From positions 1 through 64,000 of IMG/VR virus record IMGVR_UViG_3300032308_001681: a stretch of DNA of 64,000 bases. One strand, given 5' to 3'. Each line of letters starts with the position of its first letter. The first letter of the stretch is position 1. Below the pieces are notes generated by a model. It was given only the letters and a program-made list of their open reading frames with translations. It made no database searches and was not told the DNA's origin. The DNA comes from a virus. This document shows positions 27,362-37,224 of this stretch, piece by piece. The position numbers were made by a program, and so were the translations under genes.

Positions 27362-28646
27362 CCCTGCTCACCGGAATAACCCGGCGTTTAAAGCTCGTAG
27401 AAATACAAGCTTTAAGTTGTCGTTCCCCACGATGCCTTCGTTAAAGCGAACCCCCCGCAAAGTAGAGCTTCGGCAAGTACAGAACCACCACGACATTTTG
27501 ATAATCAGCTTCCCTATCACAGGCAAAGTATGGTTTGACGAAATACCGACTGGTCTTCCTGTTCAATTTTCATGGGCGCAAGAAAATAATAGCGCCACAT
27601 GGTATGGCTATGTTTCTTCAGTATCCAAGCTTGTTGCGCAATCTCAACGTGAGCAGACCATGGAAGTTCAGTGTATTGGGGCATCCTTCCCCCTAAAAGA
27701 ACGTGCAAATAGAGTTTTTTCTGATTCAACTATTCCCGAAGCTGTCGAAACTATTGCTAAACAACACGGGTTAGCCTTTGTTGGTGACCAACATCCTCGA
27801 AGGTTTCCGCAGCTAACAATGGCGGGGCATTCTTATTGGGAATGGATTCAAGAGCAGGCAAAAAGAATTGGGTTTGCCGTGGTCATGCACAACACCACGT
27901 TGTACTTTAGAGATTTAGATTCGTATATTAATCAAAAAATTACCCAAGTTCCTCTTCTCTATGCAGGAAATACGCCAAGCCAATATCGAGGCCAGCTACA
28001 CGACCGTACGTTGGATTCCTTTGAAGTTATTAAAGGCGACTTAATTGAGCAAGGGGTAACTCGACGTTCTGAAAAAACAGTTGGTGGGGTGGACCCTTTA
28101 ACAGGACGGGCCAACACATCGACCGCATCGCCAAAAGACGTGGGAGATAGCCTACGAACTACCGCTAATGACGTTTTGTTTTCTGAGTATCGTACAGACC
28201 AAGTTGTTTCCAGCTATACAGACTCCGTACAAATGTCTAAAGGCGCCGCGCAAATGGGTCGCTTTAAACTCCCAGCCAAGGTAAAATGTCAAGGAGACCC
28301 TCGGATACATCCGTACGGTACAGTGCAAATACTTGGCACCGGAGAGAAGACGGACGGGTATTGGCTCGTAAAAGACGTTACCCATATTTTTCAAAAGTTT
28401 GGAGACTACAACATCACTATGACTGTAGTCACAGACGGTACTGGGCAAAATGAAAAAACAGCATTTCGTGGAACTCAAAATCTATTTACTAGTATTTTGA
28501 ATATTCCAGAACTAGTTTCTCGACCAAGCTCTCTTGCACAATCTGCGCAAAACATAACAACAAGGTTAATTCAAACGGTACCGCCAACGGTTAGCTCTCA
28601 ACAAGGGTTTAACCAAACACCCACTCGATGGAAGGCCACGACATGA
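27351..28646 (+). CDS. baseplate hub protein (gpD/gp27-like)
   Basis: SYWEWIQEQAKRIGF, GDPRIHP...GYWLVKDVTH. Confidence 0.8.
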   Translation: MLNDPAHRNNPAFKARRNTSFKLSFPTMPSLKRTPRKVELRQVQNHHDILIISFPITGKVWFDEIPTGLPVQFSWAQENNSATWYGYVSSVSKLVAQSQREQTMEVQCIGASFPLKERANRVFSDSTIPEAVETIAKQHGLAFVGDQHPRRFPQLTMAGHSYWEWIQEQAKRIGFAVVMHNTTLYFRDLDSYINQKITQVPLLYAGNTPSQYRGQLHDRTLDSFEVIKGDLIEQGVTRRSEKTVGGVDPLTGRANTSTASPKDVGDSLRTTANDVLFSEYRTDQVVSSYTDSVQMSKGAAQMGRFKLPAKVKCQGDPRIHPYGTVQILGTGEKTDGYWLVKDVTHIFQKFGDYNITMTVVTDGTGQNEKTAFRGTQNLFTSILNIPELVSRPSSLAQSAQNITTRLIQTVPPTVSSQQGFNQTPTRWKATT

Positions 28647-29062
28647 CCGCCCCGAACAAAATCTCAGAAACGGCTATTAAGTTGCCCTTTTCTTTTGGAG
28701 CAAACGGTGCAGTAAAAACCACCACAGAACAAACAGAAATTTGGGGAGACAGGGTACGCGGAGCAATTGGGACTGCCATTGGAGAGCGTGTAATGCACTC
28801 CGATTTTGGTACTAACATTCCCTTGTCCGAGTGGGACACCGCCTCTGTCATGGAGGAAACCATCATGGAGGAGGTGTCGTCTATGTTCAATATTGCATTT
28901 CCAACCCTAACGTGGACAAACATAACCACTGAGGTTGACCCTTACACAAACATTGTTTCTGCTGAGATTGAGTACACACTTCCCAATCAAGACGGCGTGT
29001 CAACCGAAGTTGGCATTGCAACCATTTCTAAAAACACACTACTAACTGAGGCAAGCCGATGA
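28643..29062 (+). CDS. baseplate wedge/sheath initiator (gp25-like)
   Basis: IKLPFSF...TAIGERVMHSDFGT. Confidence 0.88.
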   Translation: MTAPNKISETAIKLPFSFGANGAVKTTTEQTEIWGDRVRGAIGTAIGERVMHSDFGTNIPLSEWDTASVMEETIMEEVSSMFNIAFPTLTWTNITTEVDPYTNIVSAEIEYTLPNQDGVSTEVGIATISKNTLLTEASR

Positions 29063-30966
29063 CTACTGACCCAACAACTACGGGGACAAACCCAGTTCCC
29101 CTTTCTATTGATTACACAAACAGAGACTTTTACTCCCTTAGGGAGGCCCTTATTGCGCAGGTAAAAGACCGCATAAATACGGGAAATGACTCCAAATGGT
29201 ACGGAAATGACACCTCTGACTTTGGGGTAGCTCTGATTGAGGCCTTTGCGTACATGGGCGACGTAATGAACTACTATGTCGATAGAATTGCTAACGAAAC
29301 GCTACTAAGAACAGCAACACAGCGCGACAGCGTGTTCAACCTTGCCAAGTCATACGGGTACACTCCCGGGGGTTATCGCGCAGCGACTACTACGCTGACG
29401 TTTAGCAACGCGACACTTACTTCTGGACTTTCTACCCTTCCTGTTGGTACGCAAGTAGTTGGCTCAGTGACTGACGGAGACGTCATCCGGCAGATTAGGT
29501 TTACCACCACCCAACCAGCCATACTTACTGGGAGCCCTGTACCGGCAACCGTGTCAGTTACCGCACAACACGGGTATAACGTAACGTCAGTTTACCCCGC
29601 GGCTAATGCGCAAGATGTTGCCGGAGAAATACTCGGCACTTCGGACGGAACAGCCAACCAAGTCTTTAAACTTGCAGAGAACCAAGTTGTCGATGGAAGT
29701 ATTAAGATATTTGTTCAGGTGGGTGACTCGTACGGTGAGTGGGAGCAGACGCTCCACCTTGCAGACTACGGCCCGGTTGACTCCGTGTATCAAACGGCTA
29801 CTGATGGAGCGGGAAACACGTATGTCCAATTTGGAGACGGTGTATCAGGAGCTATCCCTAATACGTACGCAGCAATAAAGGCGCAGTATGTTGTTGGTGG
29901 CGGTTCTTTGGGTAATGTTGGAGAAAACACGCTTAAAGAATTTGAGTACATTCCCGGCTTTAACAGCACACAGCTTAACGCTGTAAGAGCAGCTCTACAA
30001 ATTTCTAATACAATCGCTACGGGCGGAGTTGAGCCCGAATCTCTAGAGTCAGTTAGGCAAGCGGCTCCGCAAGCGTACTCCAGCACAAACCGAGCAATTA
30101 CATTAGAAGACTACAACGGCCTAGCGCTTCAAGTTGATGGCGTTGGAAAATCCAATAGTTCCGCCAGCATCTGGAACAACGTAACCGTGTACATTGCTCC
30201 TCGCCGCGATGGCACGTTGGTTTCGCTGACCGATGTTTATCCCGGAAAAAACTCGACAAATACCGCAGTAACCCCTGCATGGACAACGCTACAGACTGCT
30301 GTACAGAACGAGCTGGAAACAAAGAAGCTCATTGGTGCAAACGTTACCGTCTCACCCCCGCTGTACACTGATGTGTATTTAAACGTAGTGTACAAATTGG
30401 CGCCCGGATTTGACGGTAGTCAGGTGGAGCTTTCTATGCGCCAGTTCTTAAATACGTATTATTCATACAATCAAATGGAGTTCAACATGGCGTTGTCTCC
30501 TCAAAACATAGAACTATTTTTGCAGTATGTCCCCGGAGTAGAGACCGTTAAAGTAAACAAGCTTTACCGTACTGGTGGGGCAGAAATCCCAGCCACTCTA
30601 ACTGGAGCCGTAAATGAAATCTTTGTGCTGCGGGGAGCTGACGCAGCAAAGGTTACCTTTAACGTTGCGAGCCCCGTTTCTACGTTGTCTGGATTGACAA
30701 TCTTTAACGGAACAACCGCAATTACTCTGAGCCCCTCGTTTAGCGGAACAACCACCAGCTACACCGCAACTGCAACGGGTGCGACCACCTTGCTGGTAAC
30801 GCCAACAAGCGGTTTCAACTCCAGCATTGCGGTCGGCAACGTCCTCACTAGTTCGGGAGCAACGCGGCCGGTAGCGGTGTCTGGGGCAACGTACAACCTT
30901 GTAGTTACCAGCGTTTCCGCGGACGGGTCGTCTACGACTACTTACACAGTCGTTGTTACCCTCTAG
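29059..30966 (+). CDS. baseplate wedge protein (gpJ/gp6-like) with C-terminal cadherin-like domain
   Basis: IDYTNRDFYS, DFGVALIE, QFGDGVSGAIP, GGVEPES...RAITLEDY. Confidence 0.9.
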   Translation: MTTDPTTTGTNPVPLSIDYTNRDFYSLREALIAQVKDRINTGNDSKWYGNDTSDFGVALIEAFAYMGDVMNYYVDRIANETLLRTATQRDSVFNLAKSYGYTPGGYRAATTTLTFSNATLTSGLSTLPVGTQVVGSVTDGDVIRQIRFTTTQPAILTGSPVPATVSVTAQHGYNVTSVYPAANAQDVAGEILGTSDGTANQVFKLAENQVVDGSIKIFVQVGDSYGEWEQTLHLADYGPVDSVYQTATDGAGNTYVQFGDGVSGAIPNTYAAIKAQYVVGGGSLGNVGENTLKEFEYIPGFNSTQLNAVRAALQISNTIATGGVEPESLESVRQAAPQAYSSTNRAITLEDYNGLALQVDGVGKSNSSASIWNNVTVYIAPRRDGTLVSLTDVYPGKNSTNTAVTPAWTTLQTAVQNELETKKLIGANVTVSPPLYTDVYLNVVYKLAPGFDGSQVELSMRQFLNTYYSYNQMEFNMALSPQNIELFLQYVPGVETVKVNKLYRTGGAEIPATLTGAVNEIFVLRGADAAKVTFNVASPVSTLSGLTIFNGTTAITLSPSFSGTTTSYTATATGATTLLVTPTSGFNSSIAVGNVLTSSGATRPVAVSGATYNLVVTSVSADGSSTTTYTVVVTL

Positions 30967-30975
30967 TAGGTTCTT

Positions 30976-32922
30976 ATGCAGGTAGACAGTTATGGGAACC
31001 GCAGGTTCTACGGCCTTTACCGAGGCGTAGTAGTTGAAAATGCCGACCCATTAAGCCAAAACAGGGTCAAGGTACGGGTTCCGCAGGTCCTGTTTGACGC
31101 CACTACTGACTGGGCTTGGGTTCAACAAGCCCATGGAGTTCAGGTAGACCCGCCAGAAATTGGCCAAGGTGTCTGGGTACAGTTTGAGGGGGGCGACCCG
31201 TCATTCCCTGTCTGGGTTGGTACATTTGCCGATACGGCTAAGTTAAAACTTGCGTTAAATGACCTTACAGACGTCAACACTGCTGGAGTTACTAACGGGC
31301 AAACCATTGTTTACCAAGCTTCGTCTAGCTCTTGGATTCCCGGAGCGGGGGCTCAAGGTGCACAGGGTCCGCAGGGGGCTCAAGGTGCACAGGGTCCGCA
31401 GGGTACCCAAGGCACACAGGGGGCACAAGGTGCCCAAGGAGCCGCCTCTACGGTAGCCGGACCGCAGGGCTCACAGGGACCGCAGGGGACTGTAGGACCT
31501 CAAGGTACGCAAGGCCCACAAGGTGCTCAAGGTGCGACGGGTACGCAAGGACCTCAAGGTGTTCAAGGTTCTCAGGGTGCTACTGGCTCTCAAGGTCCCC
31601 AAGGAACACAGGGGGCACAAGGCTCTCAAGGCTCACAAGGTCCTCAGGGACCTCAAGGAACGCAAGGTCCGCAGGGAAGTCAAGGAGCAGCATCTACAGT
31701 TGCCGGACCTCAAGGACCGCAGGGGAGTACTGGACCTCAAGGTACGCAAGGTCCACAAGGTTCGACCGGTTCTACGGGTGCTGGTGGTGCGCTTGGTTAT
31801 TGGGGCAGTTTTTGGTCTACAAGCACTCAAACAACAGCCAGCTCTTCAGCCGTAAACGCGGTTACGCTAAACACAACTGACCCAGACTCAAACGGCGTTT
31901 CTATAGCATCGTCTTCTCGTGTGACGTTTGCGTACTCTGGAACGTATAACGTACAGTTTTCTGCTCAAGTACACGAGCCTTCAAACGGCTCACCTAGTAT
32001 TGACTTCTGGCTACGGCTTAATGGGACAAACATTCCAGAAACAACCGGAACAGTAAACCTCAGTAATCAAATGCCGTATGCGATGGCCGCGTGGAATTAC
32101 ATCTTAGATTTATCTGCTGGTGATTACCTTGAGCTTATGTGGGCCGCGGATTCGACGAATCCTCGTCTGGAATACAAAGCCGCTCAAACAACCCCTCATG
32201 TGGCTCCTGCTACTCCTTCAGTCATACTTACTGCTCAACAAGTTATGTACACTCAGCTTGGACCGCAGGGGGCGCAGGGGTCTCAGGGTCCTCAAGGAGT
32301 GCAGGGTTCTCAAGGAACACAGGGGGTGCAGGGGTCTCAAGGAACACAAGGAACACAAGGACCACAAGGTGCACAGGGTCCGCAAGGCTCACAGGGTCCT
32401 CAAGGAGTGGGAGTACCCGCAGGAGGTACTGCGGGTCAATTTCTTACAAAAGTTAGTGCGACAAACTATGACACTCAGTGGTCGAACCTTCCCACGGGCT
32501 CCGTTATTCAAGTTCTCTCCACCGCAAAGACGACCGTTTTTTCTACAACGTCCACGTCTATTGTAGATGTGACGGGTATGTCGGTGACCATCACGCCAAA
32601 GTCAACAAGTAGCACTATCCTCGTTATGGTGAATTTTCTACAGAGCACCAACAACACAGCTACTACAAACTCATTTCGCATCATTCGTGGTTCAACCAGT
32701 ATCGGCGCAACTGGTTCAACGTATTACTCAAGTCCCTTTCAGGGCGGTCTTACAGGTTATTGGATGGCACTAACTTTTCTTGACTCACCAGCGTCAACTA
32801 GCGCACTTACTTACAAACTTTCTATGTTGACCGGTGCCTCAACCACCGGCTATGTAGGCGCGTACTCCCAAAACACGGGCTTGCCGTCAACGTCAACAAT
32901 TACAGTTATGGAGGTTGCATAG
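30976..32922 (+). CDS. baseplate spike gp5/VgrG OB-fold fused to collagen-like repeats and beta-sandwich domains
   Basis: [10 protein letters not shown]...DP...RVKVRVP...[16 protein letters not shown]-terminus; two (G-X-Q)n tracts. Confidence 0.85.
   Translation: MQVDSYGNRRFYGLYRGVVVENADPLSQNRVKVRVPQVLFDATTDWAWVQQAHGVQVDPPEIGQGVWVQFEGGDPSFPVWVGTFADTAKLKLALNDLTDVNTAGVTNGQTIVYQASSSSWIPGAGAQGAQGPQGAQGAQGPQGTQGTQGAQGAQGAASTVAGPQGSQGPQGTVGPQGTQGPQGAQGATGTQGPQGVQGSQGATGSQGPQGTQGAQGSQGSQGPQGPQGTQGPQGSQGAASTVAGPQGPQGSTGPQGTQGPQGSTGSTGAGGALGYWGSFWSTSTQTTASSSAVNAVTLNTTDPDSNGVSIASSSRVTFAYSGTYNVQFSAQVHEPSNGSPSIDFWLRLNGTNIPETTGTVNLSNQMPYAMAAWNYILDLSAGDYLELMWAADSTNPRLEYKAAQTTPHVAPATPSVILTAQQVMYTQLGPQGAQGSQGPQGVQGSQGTQGVQGSQGTQGTQGPQGAQGPQGSQGPQGVGVPAGGTAGQFLTKVSATNYDTQWSNLPTGSVIQVLSTAKTTVFSTTSTSIVDVTGMSVTITPKSTSSTILVMVNFLQSTNNTATTNSFRIIRGSTSIGATGSTYYSSPFQGGLTGYWMALTFLDSPASTSALTYKLSMLTGASTTGYVGAYSQNTGLPSTSTITVMEVA
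31348..31788 (+). repeat. collagen-like (Gly-X-Gln) coding repeat 1
   Basis: [12 protein letters not shown]... 9-nt periodic repeat. Confidence 0.9.
32261..32412 (+). repeat. collagen-like (Gly-X-Gln) coding repeat 2
   Basis: [15 protein letters not shown]... Confidence 0.9.
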
Positions 32923-33203
32923 TGGTCGACATTCAGACCGTCCTAAACCGAATTCGCCCCGGTGCTGAGTGGACATTGGACGGGGACTCTTATGAAGGCC
33001 TTACTTGGCTAGATGACTCACCTAAGCCAACCGCAGAAGAAGTCGACGAGGCTTTCCCCGTTGTCGCTGAGCAAATTGCCGCAGAAGAACAGGCTGCCAA
33101 AGATGCCGCCCAAGAACTTGAAGAGCAGCGCGCTTCTGCTATGGCAAAACTAGCTATGCTTGGTCTAACCCCCGAAGAAGTCCGCGCTGTAATCGGTTTG
33201 TAA
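32922..33203 (+). CDS. fibre assembly chaperone (XkdW-like)
   Basis: IRPGAEWTLDGDSYEGLTW...KPT...KLAMLGLTPEE; follows fibre gene. Confidence 0.7.
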   Translation: MVDIQTVLNRIRPGAEWTLDGDSYEGLTWLDDSPKPTAEEVDEAFPVVAEQIAAEEQAAKDAAQELEEQRASAMAKLAMLGLTPEEVRAVIGL

Positions 33204-33241
33204 GGCAAAAAGTTTAGCTAACCCACTAGGCTGGTCTTACT

Positions 33242-34009
33242 ATGATATCGGTCATTACACCCACATATAACACACCGCCAGATGTACTTGCCCGCACATG
33301 GGCATCGCTTAAGTCTCAAACCTATAAGGATTGGGAATGGGTTATCTGGGATGACTCTACTGTTCCAGAGACATGGGCGCAGATTTACGGTTTCGCTTCT
33401 GATGAGCGCTTTAAGATAACTGCGCATCGGTCCCACGTCCACTCCGGCTCTATCGGGGAAGTCAAGCGCCGAGGCTTTATGGTGGCGGAAGGCGACATTC
33501 TTGTTGAACTTGACCATGACGACGAATTGACCCCCGATGCTCTTGAGTTAATTGCCAAAGAGTTTGAGGCAGAAAATATCGGGTTTGTCTACTCTGACTG
33601 GACAGAAATACTTGCTGATGGTCAATCTGGAAAATACCCTGACGGCTGGGCTTTTGGCTATGGGCAGCACTATTGGGATGACGACCTACAGCTGTGGGGC
33701 TCCCGTGTTGCGGAGATTAACTCGACTACCTTAGGGCACATCGTGTCCGCGCCCAACCACGTCCGTGCATGGCGCGCATCTGTTTACCGCGAACTTGGCG
33801 GGCACAACCCGCAGTTGGAGATTGCCGATGACTATGAGCTGGTTGTACGTACAGCCCTTGTGACTGACTTTTCACATATCCCCAAGGTAATTTACAAGCA
33901 GCACGTAGGTGCGCACACTGCTCAACGTAAGCAGAATGAAAAAATTCAACAGTATGTTGCAGAGATTTCTGCCCAGTACAAGGACGCCATTGAAGAGGCT
34001 CTTGCCTAG
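33242..34009 (+). CDS. glycosyltransferase family 2
   Basis: ISVITPTYN, WVIWDDS, LDHDD (DxD), ADDYEL motifs; own TAGGCT -10-like hexamer. Confidence 0.92.
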   Translation: MISVITPTYNTPPDVLARTWASLKSQTYKDWEWVIWDDSTVPETWAQIYGFASDERFKITAHRSHVHSGSIGEVKRRGFMVAEGDILVELDHDDELTPDALELIAKEFEAENIGFVYSDWTEILADGQSGKYPDGWAFGYGQHYWDDDLQLWGSRVAEINSTTLGHIVSAPNHVRAWRASVYRELGGHNPQLEIADDYELVVRTALVTDFSHIPKVIYKQHVGAHTAQRKQNEKIQQYVAEISAQYKDAIEEALA

Positions 34010-34011
34010 CC

Positions 34012-34049
34012 TTTGCCCTATATCTGCCTAGGTATTCCGGCAGAATAGA
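34012..34049 (+). promoter_or_regulatory. putative late promoter, copy 2 of 38-bp motif
   Basis: 27/38 identical to 12263-12300. Confidence 0.6.
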
Positions 34050-34071
34050 AGTAAGACTTTAAGGAGACACT

Positions 34072-34518
34072 GTGGCTAATTACCCCGCTGGGCCAATTTC
34101 GTTTACCAATAAGGTAGACGGTGTAGACGCGGTTGTTGCGGCGGATGTTAACGTTGTCTACGGTGAGGCGGCTGCACTTGGCCTTGAACTTGGGCTTAAC
34201 CCAAGGCAGAGGTCTTCAAGCACATGGCTAACTACATGGACGTCGAGCGGAAACGCCGCACACACTGACGTAAAGTCACGGTTAGATAACGTAGAGAATG
34301 GCGCATTTCGAGCCAACACACTCCTTGTCAGCAACGTAGGTGGCTCAAGCATTGTTGCCTCGGCCGCAAACGTCAAGGGGCTCGTCATTGCCGGTGCAAC
34401 TAGCCAGTCCGCTAATCTTTTGGAGCTCAAAGCAACTTCAGCCGGAGACCCTGTGACACTTGTTACTCACGAAGGCAAGTTCATTACGCAAAACATCGAT
34501 GGCGGAACATCTGCCTAA
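34072..34518 (+). CDS. virion structural protein (fibre-base-like)
   Basis: ANYP...FTNKVDGVD.V.AADVN N-terminus; AAGGAG RBS. Confidence 0.65.
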   Translation: MANYPAGPISFTNKVDGVDAVVAADVNVVYGEAAALGLELGLNPRQRSSSTWLTTWTSSGNAAHTDVKSRLDNVENGAFRANTLLVSNVGGSSIVASAANVKGLVIAGATSQSANLLELKATSAGDPVTLVTHEGKFITQNIDGGTSA

Positions 34519-34533
34519 TAGGAGCACGCCATA

Positions 34534-36909
34534 ATGGCACGGTATAACTCATTTATATACAACACGAGTGTTCTTTATGGAGACACCTCAGGAACAACCT
34601 ATGGGATTGAGCCCTTTGAAGTTCGCGCAATTAATTACGACAATATAGTCGTTTCTTGGCAGCAACCTGTAAACGTTCCTGTTACTAGTCCGTATACCCG
34701 CTTCCGTATTGTTAGAAGCCATACGCATCCTCCGGAAACACAAGAAGACGGCATCATCATCGTAGACGTCGAAGCCCCGTTTAACTCTGGACTTACGCGA
34801 GTTATTGACGGTGTGTCTAGAGAGGGGACTGCTTCAAAGACGGTTTATTTTACGGACCATCGTGAAAGTGTTCCTTTCTCTACAATAAACACCCGTGCCA
34901 TTGCTCCGGGTAGAATAATCTACTACGCTGCATGGATTCTTCGTACAGATGGCGGGAATACCCTGTGGTACCGTGCAGGTGTAGCGCAAACTCTTCTTGC
35001 TAAATCGCACGATACACTTTTGGCCAACACCGACGATGAATTACTAAACAGCACGTCACGTACGCGTACACGTACGACACATGAAAAAATGATGGAACTG
35101 CTTCCACGAGTGTACACAACCGCCAGTCAAAGTCCGCTCGATGTTGTAGATGAAGGAAGCGACCTGTACTTGTTTATGCAAGGGCTGGCTTACTCTTACG
35201 ATGAGGCGATGACCTACGCAGATTTGCTTTTGCCAAACCATACAGCAGAAAACTTCTCTAAAGAGATAGTTGACTCAAAAGCTTACGAGCTTGCACTTAT
35301 GCCTGATAGTCAAGGCTCGCTTAAAACACAGCGCGCTCTTGTGCGAGAGTCTCGGTATATTTACACTCGAAAAGGAACTGCCCTAGCGTTAGGTACTTTG
35401 ATTGAGGCAATGACGGGGTATAACGCCTCCATTATTGACTTCACAAACTACATGGCTAATCAACAAGACAGCACATTTCGTGGAGGAATTGGTAGTTGGG
35501 TAGCGGGAGCAGGGGTGACTTTAACCGCCGACTTTGCGGAAGCGCCCCCTGTTCCAGAAGATTTTGACGGCGACCTGTCCAATGCTGCAACGTCTAGTGA
35601 GTACGCGTTAGACCGGTCATACTGCGGAAAAGTAGTCACTACAGGTTCTAGCCAAGTTATCTCAAATGGAGTAACTGCACCAACTACTTTGGGTGTTCCG
35701 GTACGTGCGTCTACAAAATACCGTTTTTCTTTTTACGCAAAAAGGCTTTCTAGCTCAGCAAACATTACGCCAACCATAACTTGGTACGACTATAACGGAA
35801 CGGTTATAGGAACTCCGGCAGCCAGTACTGCTGTTTCCGCCACTACTAGCTGGGCCAAAAAAACTACGGACCTAACATCTCCGGCAGGTGCTGTATATGC
35901 GTCTATTAGTCTGTCTTTTGCATCCGCTGGAACGTATTATTTAGACGCAGTAATGTTTTCTCCTCGGTATACCGTGACTGCCGCATCGGCCAGCGGGGGA
36001 ATCGTGACGTACACGTCAACCAACTCTTTAGTTTCTGGACAACGTGTCTCTATTTCTGGGTTGTCTACCGCGGCGTTTAATCTAACAAACGTATTTGTAG
36101 AAGACGCTACAGCTACAGGGTTTACTGTACGAAACCCCGCTACTGGAACCGCCGTTAGTGGGGCCACGGCAAACTGCGACCACCCTTACGAAGAGGCTCG
36201 AGTAGCCAATGTTCGAGTATCGGCGAATAAGGTTAACTATATCTACAACCCGTCATTTGAAGCGAGCAGCACGGGATGGACAGCAACAAGCTCTAGTAGA
36301 CCAACCGACAGTCCTCTTGGCCTTGTCGGTGGGACAAAATGTCTTCAAGCAACACTGTCTTCGGGCAACCCCATCAATACAACGACAACGGGTGGAGTAA
36401 GCTACGGGGGAGCACTTTTGGCGGGAAAATGGTACACATTTTCTATTTACGCCAAATCAACCGGAAGCACAGTAAACGCAAGCGTTTACTTAAAAGCAAC
36501 TAGCGGAGCCAACTCCGTACAAACCCCAGCAAACCCTACGGCCGCGTATGCAACCGCGATAACTTCTTCTTGGGCAAGATATTCAGTTACTTTGTTTGTT
36601 CCCAGTAGCTACACAAACATTACCTTAGAAGCAGGAATTGTAGGTACTACTGGAACCATCCGCGTAGATGCGGCTCAACTAGAGCCGAGTTATCTGCCTA
36701 CGGATTACTTTGATGGCAACTACATCATTGGCGGTGCAGAGTGGGAGGGAGGCAATGCAAACATCCACAATGCAATCTCTTACCTGTATGTCAACAAACC
36801 GTTTAGATTCCCACGACTTGTTGAAGAAATGAAAATGTACTTGCCTTCAAACACCCCCTATACGGTTGAAACCGTAGAGGGTGTCGAGTTTTCTGGATTT
36901 TCATCGTAG
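34534..36909 (+). CDS. baseplate wedge/tail protein with carbohydrate-binding-like domains
   Basis: LLPRVY, YTRKGT...TGY (gpI-like), NYIYNPSFE and YTFSIYAK...DAAQLE CBM4/9-like repeats. Confidence 0.75.
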   Translation: MARYNSFIYNTSVLYGDTSGTTYGIEPFEVRAINYDNIVVSWQQPVNVPVTSPYTRFRIVRSHTHPPETQEDGIIIVDVEAPFNSGLTRVIDGVSREGTASKTVYFTDHRESVPFSTINTRAIAPGRIIYYAAWILRTDGGNTLWYRAGVAQTLLAKSHDTLLANTDDELLNSTSRTRTRTTHEKMMELLPRVYTTASQSPLDVVDEGSDLYLFMQGLAYSYDEAMTYADLLLPNHTAENFSKEIVDSKAYELALMPDSQGSLKTQRALVRESRYIYTRKGTALALGTLIEAMTGYNASIIDFTNYMANQQDSTFRGGIGSWVAGAGVTLTADFAEAPPVPEDFDGDLSNAATSSEYALDRSYCGKVVTTGSSQVISNGVTAPTTLGVPVRASTKYRFSFYAKRLSSSANITPTITWYDYNGTVIGTPAASTAVSATTSWAKKTTDLTSPAGAVYASISLSFASAGTYYLDAVMFSPRYTVTAASASGGIVTYTSTNSLVSGQRVSISGLSTAAFNLTNVFVEDATATGFTVRNPATGTAVSGATANCDHPYEEARVANVRVSANKVNYIYNPSFEASSTGWTATSSSRPTDSPLGLVGGTKCLQATLSSGNPINTTTTGGVSYGGALLAGKWYTFSIYAKSTGSTVNASVYLKATSGANSVQTPANPTAAYATAITSSWARYSVTLFVPSSYTNITLEAGIVGTTGTIRVDAAQLEPSYLPTDYFDGNYIIGGAEWEGGNANIHNAISYLYVNKPFRFPRLVEEMKMYLPSNTPYTVETVEGVEFSGFSS

Positions 36910-36921
36910 ACTGACTACATG
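36907..36921 (+). promoter_or_regulatory. leaderless promoter -10 (TAGACT-N6-ATG)
   Basis: GTAGACTGACTACATG, nearly identical to GTAGACTGGTTACATG at 60602-60617. Confidence 0.6.
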
Positions 36922-37194
36922 GATATACTTATTAGCATTTTCATTTCTAGTTTGGCCGTCGGTTTTTTTGTAGAGGTTATTGCAACTGCATTAAACGGAT
37001 ACGTGACAATTCCTGCAGGCATTAAAGGAATTATTGCCGCTGGCCTGTCTGTTCTTTCGTGCTGGATTTTAGGTGTTTCTGGATGGACACTTGTAATCGG
37101 CGGGTTTGCTTCAGCCTTTATTTACATTTCAATACTGCGTTGGCTTGACCGTCCAGTACAAATTCAGCAAGTCATGTCGCGCAGACTTCAGTAA
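36919..37194 (+). CDS. small membrane protein, holin-like (3 TM)
   Basis: three hydrophobic segments, basic C-terminus. Confidence 0.6.
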   Translation: MDILISIFISSLAVGFFVEVIATALNGYVTIPAGIKGIIAAGLSVLSCWILGVSGWTLVIGGFASAFIYISILRWLDRPVQIQQVMSRRLQ

Positions 37195-37224
37195 TGGTAT
37201 ACGCTTAGTGCCGCGAGGAGGCAT

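Noticed and set aside
31348-32412. Tandem repeats as CRISPR array or diversity-generating element
   Set aside because: 9-nt periodicity is fully explained by collagen G-X-Q coding; no reverse transcriptase or template/variable repeat pair seen
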